Shown in pieces: positions 40,998 through 51,138 of a stretch of 64,000 nucleotides of DNA. The notes under the pieces are model-generated. The model worked only from the letters and a program-made list of their open reading frames with translations. It ran no database searches and was not told the origin of the DNA. Source of the stretch: Ignavibacteriota bacterium. GTDB lineage: Bacteria > Bacteroidota > Ignavibacteria > Palsa-1295. The translations under genes and the position numbers were made by a program. The stretch covers positions 64,001-128,000 of the forward strand of contig CAWBEI010000006.1 in NCBI GenBank assembly GCA_963787835.1, read 5' to 3'. Position 1 is the first letter of the stretch. Every line of letters begins with the position of its first letter.

Positions 40998-41417
40998 TCA
41001 AACAAGCGATGCGCTCAAATTAATCGTCACAGAGGCGAGAGCTCGCGAGACGGGGCAGCCTGACTTCGCGCCATTTGCAATCTCCTGAAATTTTGCATCA
41101 TCGATGCCCGGCACATTCGCTTGTACCGAAAGGTCGATCGATACGACGGTCCATTGCCCGGATATATTATCGAAATTCGTATTTGCCGAGGATGAAATAG
41201 TTACCGGCGGAAATCCACCTCTTTCGAGTGCTCCACTTAATGCCATTGAAAAACAACCGGCGAGTGCTGCGGCTAATAACTCTTCTGGGGTTGAGCCAGG
41301 CCCACCTTCCATACGAGAGTTGAAGGAGTATGGAAATGGGAGCGCGCCCAGAAGCATTTCGCCACTACCACTTTTGATAACGCCGGTCCATTTCGCTTTT
41401 GCTGTTGAAATACGCAT
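40998..41417 (-). CDS. osmC: OsmC family peroxiredoxin
   Basis: TPEELLAAALAGCFSMAL and AKSGCPVSRAL motifs. Confidence 0.93.
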   Translation of the reverse strand: MRISTAKAKWTGVIKSGSGEMLLGALPFPYSFNSRMEGGPGSTPEELLAAALAGCFSMALSGALERGGFPPVTISSSANTNFDNISGQWTVVSIDLSVQANVPGIDDAKFQEIANGAKSGCPVSRALASVTINLSASLV

Positions 41418-41458
41418 GTTTTGTTAGAATTTAAGAAAAAGGATTAAAAGTGAATATG

Positions 41459-41466
41459 CAAAATTA
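41459..41466 (-). promoter_or_regulatory. Bacteroidota-type -7 promoter element for osmC
   Basis: Minus strand GTCG-TAATTTTG-CA. Confidence 0.5.
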
Positions 41467-41507
41467 CGACAAAATTGTCGTTTATGCGGGAGTCAGAAGA
41501 AAGAACG

Positions 41508-42191
41508 TTACAGCCCTGACGAAAGGCTGCTCGTATGATGCCGCATCAGTTTGGCCTCTGCAACGAATATTACGTTCTCGGCAATATTCGTAGCATGATC
41601 GGCTAACCGTTCGATATGACGCAAAAGTGCCATTAAGTGCGCAGCAGGTTCTATCATGACGGGGTCAGACTTCATCTCGTCAATAAGATTGAAAAAGATC
41701 TGACGGTTTAGATCATCCACTCTCTCTTCACTTTCGAAGATAGACCTCGCTTCATCACTATCGGTATGGATGAAGGCATTTAGTACGCTCGTTAGCATCT
41801 GGCGCGCTGTCGAGATCATCTCGAGTGCTCCGACTCTCTCAACTAAATTGGTATAGTCTTCAAGCGCCTCGACTCGCTCCGCGATATTAACGGCAATATC
41901 GCCGATGCGCTCAAAATCGCTATTCATGCGCATCGCAGCAAGCAATAACCGGAGATCGACAGCAACGGGCTGTGTAAGTGCGAAAATGCGCTGGCACTGG
42001 CCTTCGATCGTGAGATCGAGCTCATTAACGCGCTCTTCACGGACGATCACGAATTTTGCGAGCTCGATATTCGATTCGTTCAAGGCTCGAATCGCCGTTT
42101 CGATCTGCTCATCGACGAGCGAACCCATTCGGATAAGTTGAGAGCGGAGGGTATCCAGCTCGTCTTCGAAGTGTCTGTGTACTCGTGGCAA
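41508..42191 (-). CDS. phoU: Phosphate signalling protein PhoU (probable TTG start)
   Basis: ALTQPVAVDLR, ERIGDIAVNIA and ERLADHATNIAE motifs. Confidence 0.95.
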   Translation of the reverse strand: MPRVHRHFEDELDTLRSQLIRMGSLVDEQIETAIRALNESNIELAKFVIVREERVNELDLTIEGQCQRIFALTQPVAVDLRLLLAAMRMNSDFERIGDIAVNIAERVEALEDYTNLVERVGALEMISTARQMLTSVLNAFIHTDSDEARSIFESEERVDDLNRQIFFNLIDEMKSDPVMIEPAAHLMALLRHIERLADHATNIAENVIFVAEAKLMRHHTSSLSSGL

Positions 42192-42216
42192 TGAAGTAGT
42201 GGTAATGAGGGTTGAC

Positions 42217-43056
42217 TTATCCAAAACGTCCGGTGATGTAATCTTCTGTTTGCTTCTTTTGTGGATTGGTAAATATATCTTTGGTGGCACCAGCCTCGAT
42301 CAATTCGCCAATATAAAAGAATGCTGTCACATCACTGACCCGGGCGGCTTGCTGCATATTGTGTGTGACGATCACGATCGTATATTTTTCCTTCAACTGG
42401 AAAATAAGCTCTTCGATCTTTGCAGTAGAAATGGGATCGAGCGCACTGGCAGGTTCATCCATAAGCAGAACATCCGGCTCGACGGCTAATGCTCGTGCGA
42501 TACACAAACGTTGTTGTTGCCCTCCGGAAAGTCCCATGGCGCTTTGGTGAAGTCGATCCTTCACTTCATCCCACAATGCAGCACCTATGAGACTCTTTTC
42601 AATGAGTTCGTTCAAGAGGGCCTTGTTATTGTTTCCGAGTATTCTGGGTCCATACGCAATGTTCTCCCAGATCGATTTTGGAAATGGGTTCGATTTTTGA
42701 AAGACCATCCCTACACGCTTCCTCAGATCGACGACATCTAACCCCTTTTCATAAATATCGACCCCATCGATCTTGATATTACCGGTGATCCGAACACCAG
42801 CAATAAGATCATTCATACGGTTGAGCGTCCTTAAATAGGTGGATTTACCACACCCCGATGGACCAATGAAAGCGGTTACCTGACGTTCGACAATATCCAG
42901 AGATATCGAGCGAAGCGCCTGTTTTGCACCGTAAAATAGATTTAGATCCCTCGTGACGATCTTGTAGTTCCCTTGAGGCGTCTCCGGTCTGGAAACAGAC
43001 TCTGCTACTCGAACCATGTGTTTCGTTTCGTGTCGTTCGGCAACTTCCGCAGCCAT
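42217..43056 (-). CDS. pstB: Phosphate ABC transporter ATP-binding protein
   Basis: [32 protein letters not shown] and [10 protein letters not shown] motifs. Confidence 0.97.
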   Translation of the reverse strand: MAAEVAERHETKHMVRVAESVSRPETPQGNYKIVTRDLNLFYGAKQALRSISLDIVERQVTAFIGPSGCGKSTYLRTLNRMNDLIAGVRITGNIKIDGVDIYEKGLDVVDLRKRVGMVFQKSNPFPKSIWENIAYGPRILGNNNKALLNELIEKSLIGAALWDEVKDRLHQSAMGLSGGQQQRLCIARALAVEPDVLLMDEPASALDPISTAKIEELIFQLKEKYTIVIVTHNMQQAARVSDVTAFFYIGELIEAGATKDIFTNPQKKQTEDYITGRFG

Positions 43057-43127
43057 GTGTTTTAAACTAAATTAGGTTAATCGAAGGGCTAAACAGGTTC
43101 TACCAAAGTTTCATCAAACAATAATTC

Positions 43128-43155
43128 GTTAACGATACGTTAACAAATTATTACC
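43128..43155. promoter_or_regulatory. Putative Pho-box-like direct repeats
   Basis: GTTAAC (43128), GTTAAC (43139) and ATTACC (43150) at 11-bp period between divergent pstB and phoB. Confidence 0.55.
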
Positions 43156-43246
43156 AATATTATTTTCGCGTCAGAAAATCATTAAGAAATTATGAAACGG
43201 CTGCTTTATAAGCACTTAGGGCTCTCGTTGAATGTTACTCTGATGA

Positions 43247-43942
43247 ATGGCTAAAACAATTCTCATCGCCGACGACGAGCAGGATATTCGCGATATGCTC
43301 GCCTATAATCTCACACGTGAAGGATTTGAGGTCGTCACGGCCGCCAACGGTAAAGAAGCGATTGAAAAGATAGAGACAACCCCCGTTTCTCTGGTGATCC
43401 TCGACATTATGATGCCTGAGATGGATGGCTTTGAGGCATGCCGAATTATACGCTCTAACCCCAGATCCGCTCAGCTTCCAGTTCTTTTTTTGACTGCGCG
43501 AGCTGGGGAAGTCGATCAGATCGTCTCTCTGGAGCTTGGCGCCGATGATTATGTCCAAAAACCTGTTTCACCTCGAATACTGGTTGCCCGAGTGAAGTCT
43601 CTCCTGCGTCGTTTTGATCGTTCGGAGCAGTTGTTGCCTGTCGAAAATGAGAACATCGTTTCACCAGGACTCAAGATCGATCGGAGTTCATACAAAGTAT
43701 TTGTTAACGACAAAGAGACGTTTTTCCCTCGAAAGGAGTTCGAGTTATTGTACTTCCTTGCCGCCCATCCCGGGCGCATCTATAAACGAGGTGCGTTGTT
43801 AGATGAGGTCTGGGGCCGCGACACCTTCGTCGTCGAGCGAACGGTAGATGTGCATATCTTCAAAGTACGCGAGAAGCTTGGAAATTATGGCAAACGCATT
43901 GAAACGGTAAAAGGCGTGGGCTACCGCTATATATTGGAATAA
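43247..43942 (+). CDS. phoB: OmpR/PhoB-family response regulator
   Basis: ADDE, LDIMMP, GADDY.KP, RTVDVHI and GVGY motifs; pst/phoU context. Confidence 0.88.
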   Translation: MAKTILIADDEQDIRDMLAYNLTREGFEVVTAANGKEAIEKIETTPVSLVILDIMMPEMDGFEACRIIRSNPRSAQLPVLFLTARAGEVDQIVSLELGADDYVQKPVSPRILVARVKSLLRRFDRSEQLLPVENENIVSPGLKIDRSSYKVFVNDKETFFPRKEFELLYFLAAHPGRIYKRGALLDEVWGRDTFVVERTVDVHIFKVREKLGNYGKRIETVKGVGYRYILE

Positions 43943-43946
43943 TAAC

Positions 43947-45005
43947 GTGCCATCACTTCGTGTCCGGGCTGCGGTTTTCCCAATCCTTCTAGTTATTCTT
44001 GTTCTCTTTCTATCCGATCTTGTTATCGGCAGCGCTGTTCCGGATCTTTTCCCGACTGCCATGTGGGTATCCGCAGCAATTATCATTGTACTATCCTTGG
44101 CGAGTATATGGTATGCAGATCGGCTGATCCGTCCGATTCGGGAACTCATGCCCACCGTCGATAGCAAGGGACATCTCGAGTTCCACAGCACTACGGTAGC
44201 GATGATGCCGCCTGAGGAACTTCGGGCCCTTTCGACCGTCATCGACCAGGTCGTCGAAAAACAACGCAGGGACGATCAGGCTCGTGAGAAGCTCGAACGC
44301 GTTCGCAGTGAGTTCCTCGCCAATGTTTCACATGAACTCCGTACTCCGATCTTCGCAGTACAGGGTTTTATAGAAACGCTTCTGGATGGCGCCGTTGATG
44401 ACCCGTCCGTCAATCGCGACTTTCTCTTTCGTGCACGTCTTCAAGCCGAGCGGCTTAATAATCTTCTGAACGATCTTATCGACATTTCGCGCATTGAGTC
44501 CGGGGAGATGCACATGAGCTTCCGCTTATTCGATATCCAGCCGTTTCTCCGGGATTTTACCAGCGAAATGCAGCCGATCGCCCGCGTTAAGAACATCGAA
44601 CTGTATTTTACTGCAAATGCACTTCCACATCATGAGGTGACGGTCTATGCTGACAAAGAACGTGTAAAACAAGTACTGATCAATCTTGTTGATAACGCAA
44701 TTAAGTACTCTGAGGGAGGTGGCTCCATCAAGATAGAACTTCTAAATGCCGAACCAACACCGAACGAGCTTACCATTCGTGTTACTGACACCGGTGTGGG
44801 AATCGCTCCAGAGCATTTACCAAGATTGTTCGAACGCTTCTACCGTGTGGATAAAGGCCGAGCTCGATCCTCCCCAGGCGGGACGGGACTCGGACTGGCT
44901 ATCGTCAAGCACATCACAGAAGCGCATCGTGGAAAGATCAATGTGACCAGCCAGATCGGGAAGGGAAGTACGTTTCAATTCACCTTGCCCAAGGAGCCGT
45001 TTTAG
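43947..45005 (+). CDS. phoR: Sensor histidine kinase, PhoR-like
   Basis: Two TM helices, ANVSHELRTP, NLVDNAIKY, FERFYRVDK and GTGLGLAIVKH motifs. Confidence 0.85.
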   Translation: MPSLRVRAAVFPILLVILVLFLSDLVIGSAVPDLFPTAMWVSAAIIIVLSLASIWYADRLIRPIRELMPTVDSKGHLEFHSTTVAMMPPEELRALSTVIDQVVEKQRRDDQAREKLERVRSEFLANVSHELRTPIFAVQGFIETLLDGAVDDPSVNRDFLFRARLQAERLNNLLNDLIDISRIESGEMHMSFRLFDIQPFLRDFTSEMQPIARVKNIELYFTANALPHHEVTVYADKERVKQVLINLVDNAIKYSEGGGSIKIELLNAEPTPNELTIRVTDTGVGIAPEHLPRLFERFYRVDKGRARSSPGGTGLGLAIVKHITEAHRGKINVTSQIGKGSTFQFTLPKEPF

Positions 45006-45058
45006 CTAACGTGTGTGTTATCGTTCTGTACTTTATTTTAGATCACGACGAATCAATA

Positions 45059-45793
45059 ATGGCGAAAAGTGTACCCGATCTCTCAATCCCGAACGAACCC
45101 GTCCCGGTCTTCGAGGGATTCACGAAAGAAATGTTTAAATTTCTTCATGGCCTGAAGAAGAACAATAATAAAGAATGGTTCGAAGCACATCGCGCGCAGT
45201 ACGAAGAATATCTACGGGAGCCATCGAAAGCACTGGCCTTTGCAATGGGTGCTTATTTCCAGGATCATAAAATGCCAGTGACAGGCAACCCCAAAACATC
45301 GCTTTTTCGGATCAACCGCGATATTAGGTTCAGTCCTGATAAATCGCCATATAAGACGCATGTCGGCCTCTCGTTTCCACTGATCGGAACCAAGAAAGAA
45401 GAATGGTGCGGCTATTACATGGGATTCGAGCCGGCAAAGAAGGGTACTGGAATGAGCGTTTTCGCGGGTGGGGGAGTATGGATGCCGATACCACCATATC
45501 TAAAGCGAATTCGATCGAGGATCGCTGATCATTCGAAGGAGTTTGAGAAGATCTTGAATGCACCCTCGTTTAAGAAAGTGTTTCCGAAAGGTCTTACCGG
45601 TGAATCGCTCAAGAGAATTCCGCAAGGGTATAATGAAGATCATCCGCAGGCAAAATATCTTAAAATGAAAAGCTTTCTATTCGGCGCTGATCTTGCCGAC
45701 AACGACCTGCTTTCCCAGGATCTACCTGAGATCGTTGGAAAGCTCTTCCAGGCCGGGTTACCCATGGTGGAGTTTTTGGGGAAAGCTGAATGA
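45059..45793 (+). CDS. DUF2461 family protein
   Basis: NNNKEWF and FRINRDIRFSPDKSPYK motifs. Confidence 0.9.
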   Translation: MAKSVPDLSIPNEPVPVFEGFTKEMFKFLHGLKKNNNKEWFEAHRAQYEEYLREPSKALAFAMGAYFQDHKMPVTGNPKTSLFRINRDIRFSPDKSPYKTHVGLSFPLIGTKKEEWCGYYMGFEPAKKGTGMSVFAGGGVWMPIPPYLKRIRSRIADHSKEFEKILNAPSFKKVFPKGLTGESLKRIPQGYNEDHPQAKYLKMKSFLFGADLADNDLLSQDLPEIVGKLFQAGLPMVEFLGKAE

Positions 45794-45997
45794 TGAATAC
45801 ATCAATAGAGCTTAAAAGTCCCAAAGTAGTGCAAAGTCTCAAGGCCCTATCTTCTTTTTGCTCATTTTAAGACAGATAATAACCTTTAGGGGAACATAAC
45901 ACCCCTCCAAAGTTTTACCGCACTGGCAATTCGGGAGGCTGGGCCATCCGATCACCAATATCCTCGAAATTCATTAGAATTCTTCCTATTTTCATAC

Positions 45998-48010
45998 GTG
46001 AGAAAGAACCGCGCTAAAATTATCATTATCCTGCTCTGTATTATCGGGGCGGTGTATGCGCTTTATCCGACCTATCATTCGCAGCAACTTAAATCCGAGC
46101 TTGATGCCTTTGGAAACACCACCCAGGATTCGCTCAAGCGTGTCAAATGGGAGAATGACAATGGCCAGGATCTGAAGGACGCTAATACGAAAGCGATCAA
46201 GCTCGGTCTCGATCTCCGAGGCGGCATCTATGTCACAATGGAAGTGGATGTGCTGAAATTCATCGACGAGCAGGCCCTTCAAAAAGACGATATCTTTCAG
46301 CAGGTCATGGACGCTACGGATAAGGATGAAGCCACATCCGAAGATCCGATCGTGCCACTGTTCGTCAAGCATTTCAATGAGATCGCAAAACCCAAAGGCA
46401 AATCTCTTGCAAATTATTTCTACTTTAGCGAAGCCGGTGCCGGTGAAGATGCTAACATTCAGGCTGCTTTGCAAAAAGGCGTCGATGAAGCCGTCGATCG
46501 CGCCATCGAGATCATTCGCAATCGTGTCGATCAATTTGGATTGACCGAGCCGACCATTCAGAAAGAAGGCTCCCGCCGTATTATCATCGAGCTTCCGGGC
46601 GTTGGTGACCCTACGCAAGTTCATCAACTTCTCCAGGGAACAGCACAGTTAGAATTCCGCACGCTGAAAGATCCCGATATGGTCAAGCGTGTGCTCGACC
46701 GCATCGATCAGCGCCTGAATGGCGATACCGCACTTGCAAGACTTGAAAAAGTCGATACAGGCAAAGCTGATTCTACTAAAACAACGATGTCAACGGCAGA
46801 CTCAACCAAAACTGCGTCTGTTGCCGATACGGTTAAGAAAGATTCCACAGCCAAGTCCTCAACAGCCGGACTCAGCCCGGAAGATTCAGCCAAGCGCGCT
46901 GACTCCATCGCGGAAATCGGGATGTCGCAAGATCAGAAGTATGCCCATTATGTGAAGACACATCCCTTCACCTCGATCCTCGTTAAAGTTCGACCTGGTC
47001 AAAACGGCGACCTTTATGTGACTGAAGAGGATCGTGCGCTTGTCAAAAGCATCTTAAGCCGGCCAGACGTAAAGCCCATCTTTGCAGATGAGTTGAGTGT
47101 CATGTTCAGCCGAGCCATCCCGACCGAAAAGAATGTGAACCTTTATCAGGTCTATTTCCTGAACACACAACCGGAATTGACCGGTAAGGCGATCGTTCAG
47201 GCCACCACCGATATTGACCCGCAGAGTGGAAAGCCCGAAGTTTCCATGCAAATGGATGACGATGGAACCCGCGTGTGGCGCAGAGTTACCCATTCGAACA
47301 TCAATAAACAAGTTGCCATTGTGCTCGATAGCGTAGTCTATTCAGCGCCGAAAGTGCTCGGAGAAATTCCCAGCGGCAATTCGCAGATCACCGGCATTGG
47401 CGATATGAACGAAGCCAATCTTTTGAAGATCGTACTTAAAGCTGGTGCGCTGCCTGCTCCGGTAAAGATCATTCAGGAATCCGTTGTCGGTCCATCGCTT
47501 GGAGCGGATTCGATAGCAAAAGGATTAGCATCCGTTATCTGGAGCCTTATCGTCGTGATTATTTTCATGGGATTCTATTATGTCACGGGCGGCGTGGTAG
47601 CGGATCTTGCCGTTATGATCAACCTGCTGTTTACTGCGGCAGTGCTGGCAACATTCGGCGCAACCCTGACGCTACCCGGTATGGCTGGTCTTGTGCTCAC
47701 GGTCGGTATCGCCGTCGATGCGAACGTACTGATCTACGAGCGCATTCGCGAGGAACTATCGCTTGGTAAATCGCTAAAACTTGCTATGGATGATGGATAC
47801 CGCCGCGCATTCGCACCGATATTCGACGGCCATTTAACGGCGTTCTTCTCCGGAGTTATTCTCTATGCGTTCGGAACAGGCACGGTACAAGGTTTCGCAG
47901 TAACGCTTATGATCGGCGTAGCGGCGTCGCTCTTTACAGCGATCGTTATTACGCGCGTGGTTTTCGATCTTATCATGGAACGGAATCCGGAACTCATTAA
48001 ATTTGGATAA
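45998..48010 (+). CDS. secD: Protein translocase subunit SecD
   Basis: LGLDLRGG, RIIIELPG, AGALPAP, VGPSLG and DANVLIYERIREE motifs. Confidence 0.97.
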   Translation: MRKNRAKIIIILLCIIGAVYALYPTYHSQQLKSELDAFGNTTQDSLKRVKWENDNGQDLKDANTKAIKLGLDLRGGIYVTMEVDVLKFIDEQALQKDDIFQQVMDATDKDEATSEDPIVPLFVKHFNEIAKPKGKSLANYFYFSEAGAGEDANIQAALQKGVDEAVDRAIEIIRNRVDQFGLTEPTIQKEGSRRIIIELPGVGDPTQVHQLLQGTAQLEFRTLKDPDMVKRVLDRIDQRLNGDTALARLEKVDTGKADSTKTTMSTADSTKTASVADTVKKDSTAKSSTAGLSPEDSAKRADSIAEIGMSQDQKYAHYVKTHPFTSILVKVRPGQNGDLYVTEEDRALVKSILSRPDVKPIFADELSVMFSRAIPTEKNVNLYQVYFLNTQPELTGKAIVQATTDIDPQSGKPEVSMQMDDDGTRVWRRVTHSNINKQVAIVLDSVVYSAPKVLGEIPSGNSQITGIGDMNEANLLKIVLKAGALPAPVKIIQESVVGPSLGADSIAKGLASVIWSLIVVIIFMGFYYVTGGVVADLAVMINLLFTAAVLATFGATLTLPGMAGLVLTVGIAVDANVLIYERIREELSLGKSLKLAMDDGYRRAFAPIFDGHLTAFFSGVILYAFGTGTVQGFAVTLMIGVAASLFTAIVITRVVFDLIMERNPELIKFG

Positions 48011-48020
48011 AGAAAAGCAA

Positions 48021-48091
48021 TGTAGCGCCGGCGTCCTCGCCGGTCCCTTGGCCGCAGGGAAATAGGGACCGGCGAGGACGCCGGCGCTACA
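48021..48091. repeat. GTAG-family REP doublet (REPIN-like)
   Basis: Perfect 28-bp inverted repeat TGTAGCGCCGGCGTCCTCGCCGGTCCCT with a 15-nt spacer. Confidence 0.88.
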
Positions 48092-48111
48092 GAATCTTGA
48101 AATAAAAAAAT

Positions 48112-49128
48112 ATGCATTTTTTTCGTAAAACAAATATAGATTTTATTGGCAAGCGCCGGATATGGTATTATGTATCGACGTTCGTCACCATGGCCGGAAT
48201 TGTCTGGGCACTCTTTCGCGGCGTAGAGTACGGCATTGATTTCGCCGGCGGCACCGAGGTACAGCTTCAGTTCCAAAAGAACGTTGGGATCGAGGAAGTA
48301 CGCGCTTCGCTCGATAAGGCAGCCATTCGTGGCGCGGAAGTAAAATACTATGGCCGGGATGAATCTGGCGTGCTTATTCGTGTTCGCGAAGGCTCCCAAG
48401 GCGCTCAGGCTGGTTCTGAAGCGACGAAAAAAGTAATGGATGCCATTATTGCCGGCTTTCCGAATAACCATTTAGTCGATAAGACCGGAATCCCAAAGAA
48501 CGAGCCAATTCAGGAACAGCATATCGGTCCGAAGGTCGGGGCGGAACTAAGGCAAAAGGCTTTCTTAGCTGTGTTCTTTACGTGTATCGTTATTCTCGTC
48601 TATCTCACATTCCGGTTCCGGTTCGTGTATGGCTTCGGCGCCGTTGTTGCCATTGTGCACGATGTGCTCGTTGCATTTGCATTTGCTGTGATCTGCAATG
48701 GGCTTGTGCCGTGGCTGAATCTTGAAATGAATTCCACGCTGCTGGCGGCTTTTCTAACCATTGTCGGATTTTCGGTCAACGATACCGTTATCATTTTCGA
48801 CCGTATCCGCGAGGATCAGAGAAAATATAAAGGCCAGAGTTTGAAAGACATCATGAACCGCGCTATTAACGAGACGCTGCCACGAACGATCATCACTTCG
48901 GGCACGGTGTTCCTGACACTTTTGGTGCTATTCATCTGGGGTGGGGAAGTGCTGCGCGGATTTGCATTCACCATGCTCATAGGTGTCATTACTGGAACGT
49001 ATTCTTCGATCTTCGTAGCCTCCGCGATCGCGTACGATTGGCTGGAGCGCGATAAGGGTAAAACTTCCCGCGCAACGGTTGGTGCGCGTAAGAAAACCCC
49101 TTCGAAAAGCGTGGCAGCGACCGCTTAA
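48112..49128 (+). CDS. secF: Protein translocase subunit SecF
   Basis: GIDFAGG, HDV, GFSVNDTVIIFDRIRE and GTYSSIFVA motifs. Confidence 0.97.
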   Translation: MHFFRKTNIDFIGKRRIWYYVSTFVTMAGIVWALFRGVEYGIDFAGGTEVQLQFQKNVGIEEVRASLDKAAIRGAEVKYYGRDESGVLIRVREGSQGAQAGSEATKKVMDAIIAGFPNNHLVDKTGIPKNEPIQEQHIGPKVGAELRQKAFLAVFFTCIVILVYLTFRFRFVYGFGAVVAIVHDVLVAFAFAVICNGLVPWLNLEMNSTLLAAFLTIVGFSVNDTVIIFDRIREDQRKYKGQSLKDIMNRAINETLPRTIITSGTVFLTLLVLFIWGGEVLRGFAFTMLIGVITGTYSSIFVASAIAYDWLERDKGKTSRATVGARKKTPSKSVAATA

Positions 49129-49136
49129 AAGTTTGT

Positions 49137-49168
49137 TGTGTCATTCCCGTGTAAGCGGGAATGACACA
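49137..49168. repeat. GTCATTCCCG-type palindrome (ATTCCC-N8-GGGAAT core)
   Basis: TGTGTCATTCCCG-TGTAAG-CGGGAATGACACA, perfect 13-bp stem. Confidence 0.75.
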
Positions 49169-49192
49169 TACAACTCATTTCGTTTCTGAGCC

Positions 49193-49501
49193 ATGACTTC
49201 AACTTTTGAACCCTCCTTAGACAAACTTCGAATCGACCTCACCGGCGATCTCATTGGTGGCGCGGACGCGATGAAATTCGCCGTCGATTTTCGGGAAACA
49301 CTTGCTGCAAATTCCTATGGCCATGTAGAAGTGGATGCCGGTCATGTTGACTTTGTCAATAGCTCCGGACTTGGCATGCTCATCGCTGCCCGGCAAGCAG
49401 CACAGGAGCACGGTGCTTCCTTCCGGCTGCTTGCTCCCGGCGAGCAGCTGAAGCATCTGCTCGAAGTGACCAAGCTCACTGAAATTTTAGGGGCTGCGTA
49501 A
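49193..49501 (+). CDS. STAS-domain anti-sigma factor antagonist
   Basis: VDFVNSSGLGML and LLEVTKL motifs. Confidence 0.88.
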   Translation: MTSTFEPSLDKLRIDLTGDLIGGADAMKFAVDFRETLAANSYGHVEVDAGHVDFVNSSGLGMLIAARQAAQEHGASFRLLAPGEQLKHLLEVTKLTEILGAA

Positions 49502-49664
49502 GTGTCTTATTGATAGGGTACTTCCCGGAATCAACCGGAACACATCTCTACCGCAACTTTTTACTTCTTTTCGGGTTATATATAAACGCAAAAAAGGGGG
49601 CGACACCTTAACCTTATTCGGCTTCGAACCCATCGATCGACTCACAACCTATTTTTTGAACATA

Positions 49665-51026
49665 ATGAAACGTATTGTTACGATCTTCCTCGTTGGTTTC
49701 CTCGCTTTTGCAGGAAGCGCGAATGCGCAGGTTCAAACTGCTCGTTCTTTACAAAAACCTATCACTTCGCCTGCGTTGACCACCACCGCTCTTCCTACGG
49801 GCGTCGCTCATCCACTGACCCCACTAACCCCGAGCGAGGAAAACCCTCTCGCGGTCTATAAGACGGAGTCCGTTAGTTATATTCAGGATACGACCAATGG
49901 TAATTGGTGGGTCTATGCCCCGGTGCTTAACCAAAGCACCGGAGATTCCTTAGGGAACCTGACGTTCAACCCCACGTTCTATTTCCAGGCTATGGATTCC
50001 ATTGGACCAACTGGATTCGCTTATGTCAATAACCTCGGGCTGCAAATCGATACTACGGCGTTCGACACCATGTACAATCGTGTTATGTGTCTTCGAATCT
50101 CGCCGCCAAAGGATCTAGGGTCTCCCATTAAACTCGACAGCCTTCAAATATCTTTCTTCCCGGAATCCATTGATCCTGCAGATAAACTTACCGTATTAGC
50201 CGTCCCGTGCCGAGACGAGCAATTTAATGATGGTAGCCTCAATCCTGTTCCGGCTATTTTCGGGTTATCCGCATCCGAGGGAGTTATTGCCACGGAATCA
50301 ATTCCCGCGAGCAAGATGACGGTTGGTCAGATCAATACCTTAACGGTCAATTTCGCTGGAAAATCGATCAGCAACACAGACGAACGAAATCAAATGGCAA
50401 TTTGCGTTTATGTGGATGGGCCACATTTTGCGAACGATACAGTGGGCTACGTTCTGGAGGCGGATTTACAAAATGCACTCGGTGCGAGTTTAGTGATCGA
50501 TACCGACGGATCACAAGGAGAAATTCAGGGTCCTGACAGTGCTATTGCCATGCGTACATATCGCCTTAATCTCGATGGCGGAAATATAGTTATTGGCAAT
50601 GAGGGTAGTTCATACATCGGCGGCGGCGGCGGATTTTTCGTTGACTTCCCGCAGTTCGATCCCACATCAGGCCAACCAACCGGCCAAGCTTTCGAAGGTA
50701 ATCTTGCCATTACCACCTTCTTCCATGGAACAGCATTAGCGGGCGTAGCACAGGGCAGCTCCAATGGTTATAGCCTCGACGGAAATTATCCGAACCCTGT
50801 CAGCACCACGACGGACATAAGCTATACCCTCGGCGCGAGCGGACCGGTTACGCTGGATGTTTATAATACGCTTGGCCAGAAAGTTGGCTCGGTCGTGAAT
50901 AACGTTCAGAGCGCAGGCGCCCATACAGCCACATTCAATACCGGCACACTCCCGAATGGCTTGTATTATTACAAGCTTCAATCCGGCGAGTTCAATGCAA
51001 CGAACACGATGGTTATTGCGAGATAA
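49665..51026 (+). CDS. Secreted protein with T9SS type-A C-terminal domain
   Basis: Signal peptide ANA-Q; C-terminal GNYPNP...VYNTLGQKV...NGLYYYKL. Confidence 0.88.
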   Translation: MKRIVTIFLVGFLAFAGSANAQVQTARSLQKPITSPALTTTALPTGVAHPLTPLTPSEENPLAVYKTESVSYIQDTTNGNWWVYAPVLNQSTGDSLGNLTFNPTFYFQAMDSIGPTGFAYVNNLGLQIDTTAFDTMYNRVMCLRISPPKDLGSPIKLDSLQISFFPESIDPADKLTVLAVPCRDEQFNDGSLNPVPAIFGLSASEGVIATESIPASKMTVGQINTLTVNFAGKSISNTDERNQMAICVYVDGPHFANDTVGYVLEADLQNALGASLVIDTDGSQGEIQGPDSAIAMRTYRLNLDGGNIVIGNEGSSYIGGGGGFFVDFPQFDPTSGQPTGQAFEGNLAITTFFHGTALAGVAQGSSNGYSLDGNYPNPVSTTTDISYTLGASGPVTLDVYNTLGQKVGSVVNNVQSAGAHTATFNTGTLPNGLYYYKLQSGEFNATNTMVIAR

Positions 51027-51035
51027 TAGTGTGAC

Positions 51036-51079
51036 GTGTAACTCAGGCTTACCAGCCTGAGCCAGGGCTTTCCAGCCCG
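51036..51079 (+). repeat. REP element flanking the RAYT (3' side)
   Basis: GTGTAACTCAGGCTTACCAGCCTGAGCCAGGGCTTTCCAGCCCG; two hairpins; inverted copy at 51765-51807. Confidence 0.82.
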
Positions 51080-51094
51080 AAAAATAATTTGAAG

Positions 51095-51129
51095 AAGCGA
51101 CCGGCTAAGAATAACCCGGTCGCTTTTTT
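51095..51129 (+). terminator. Intrinsic terminator
   Basis: AAGCGACCGG...CCGGTCGCTT followed by a T-run. Confidence 0.75.
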
Positions 51130-51138
51130 ATTGAACTA

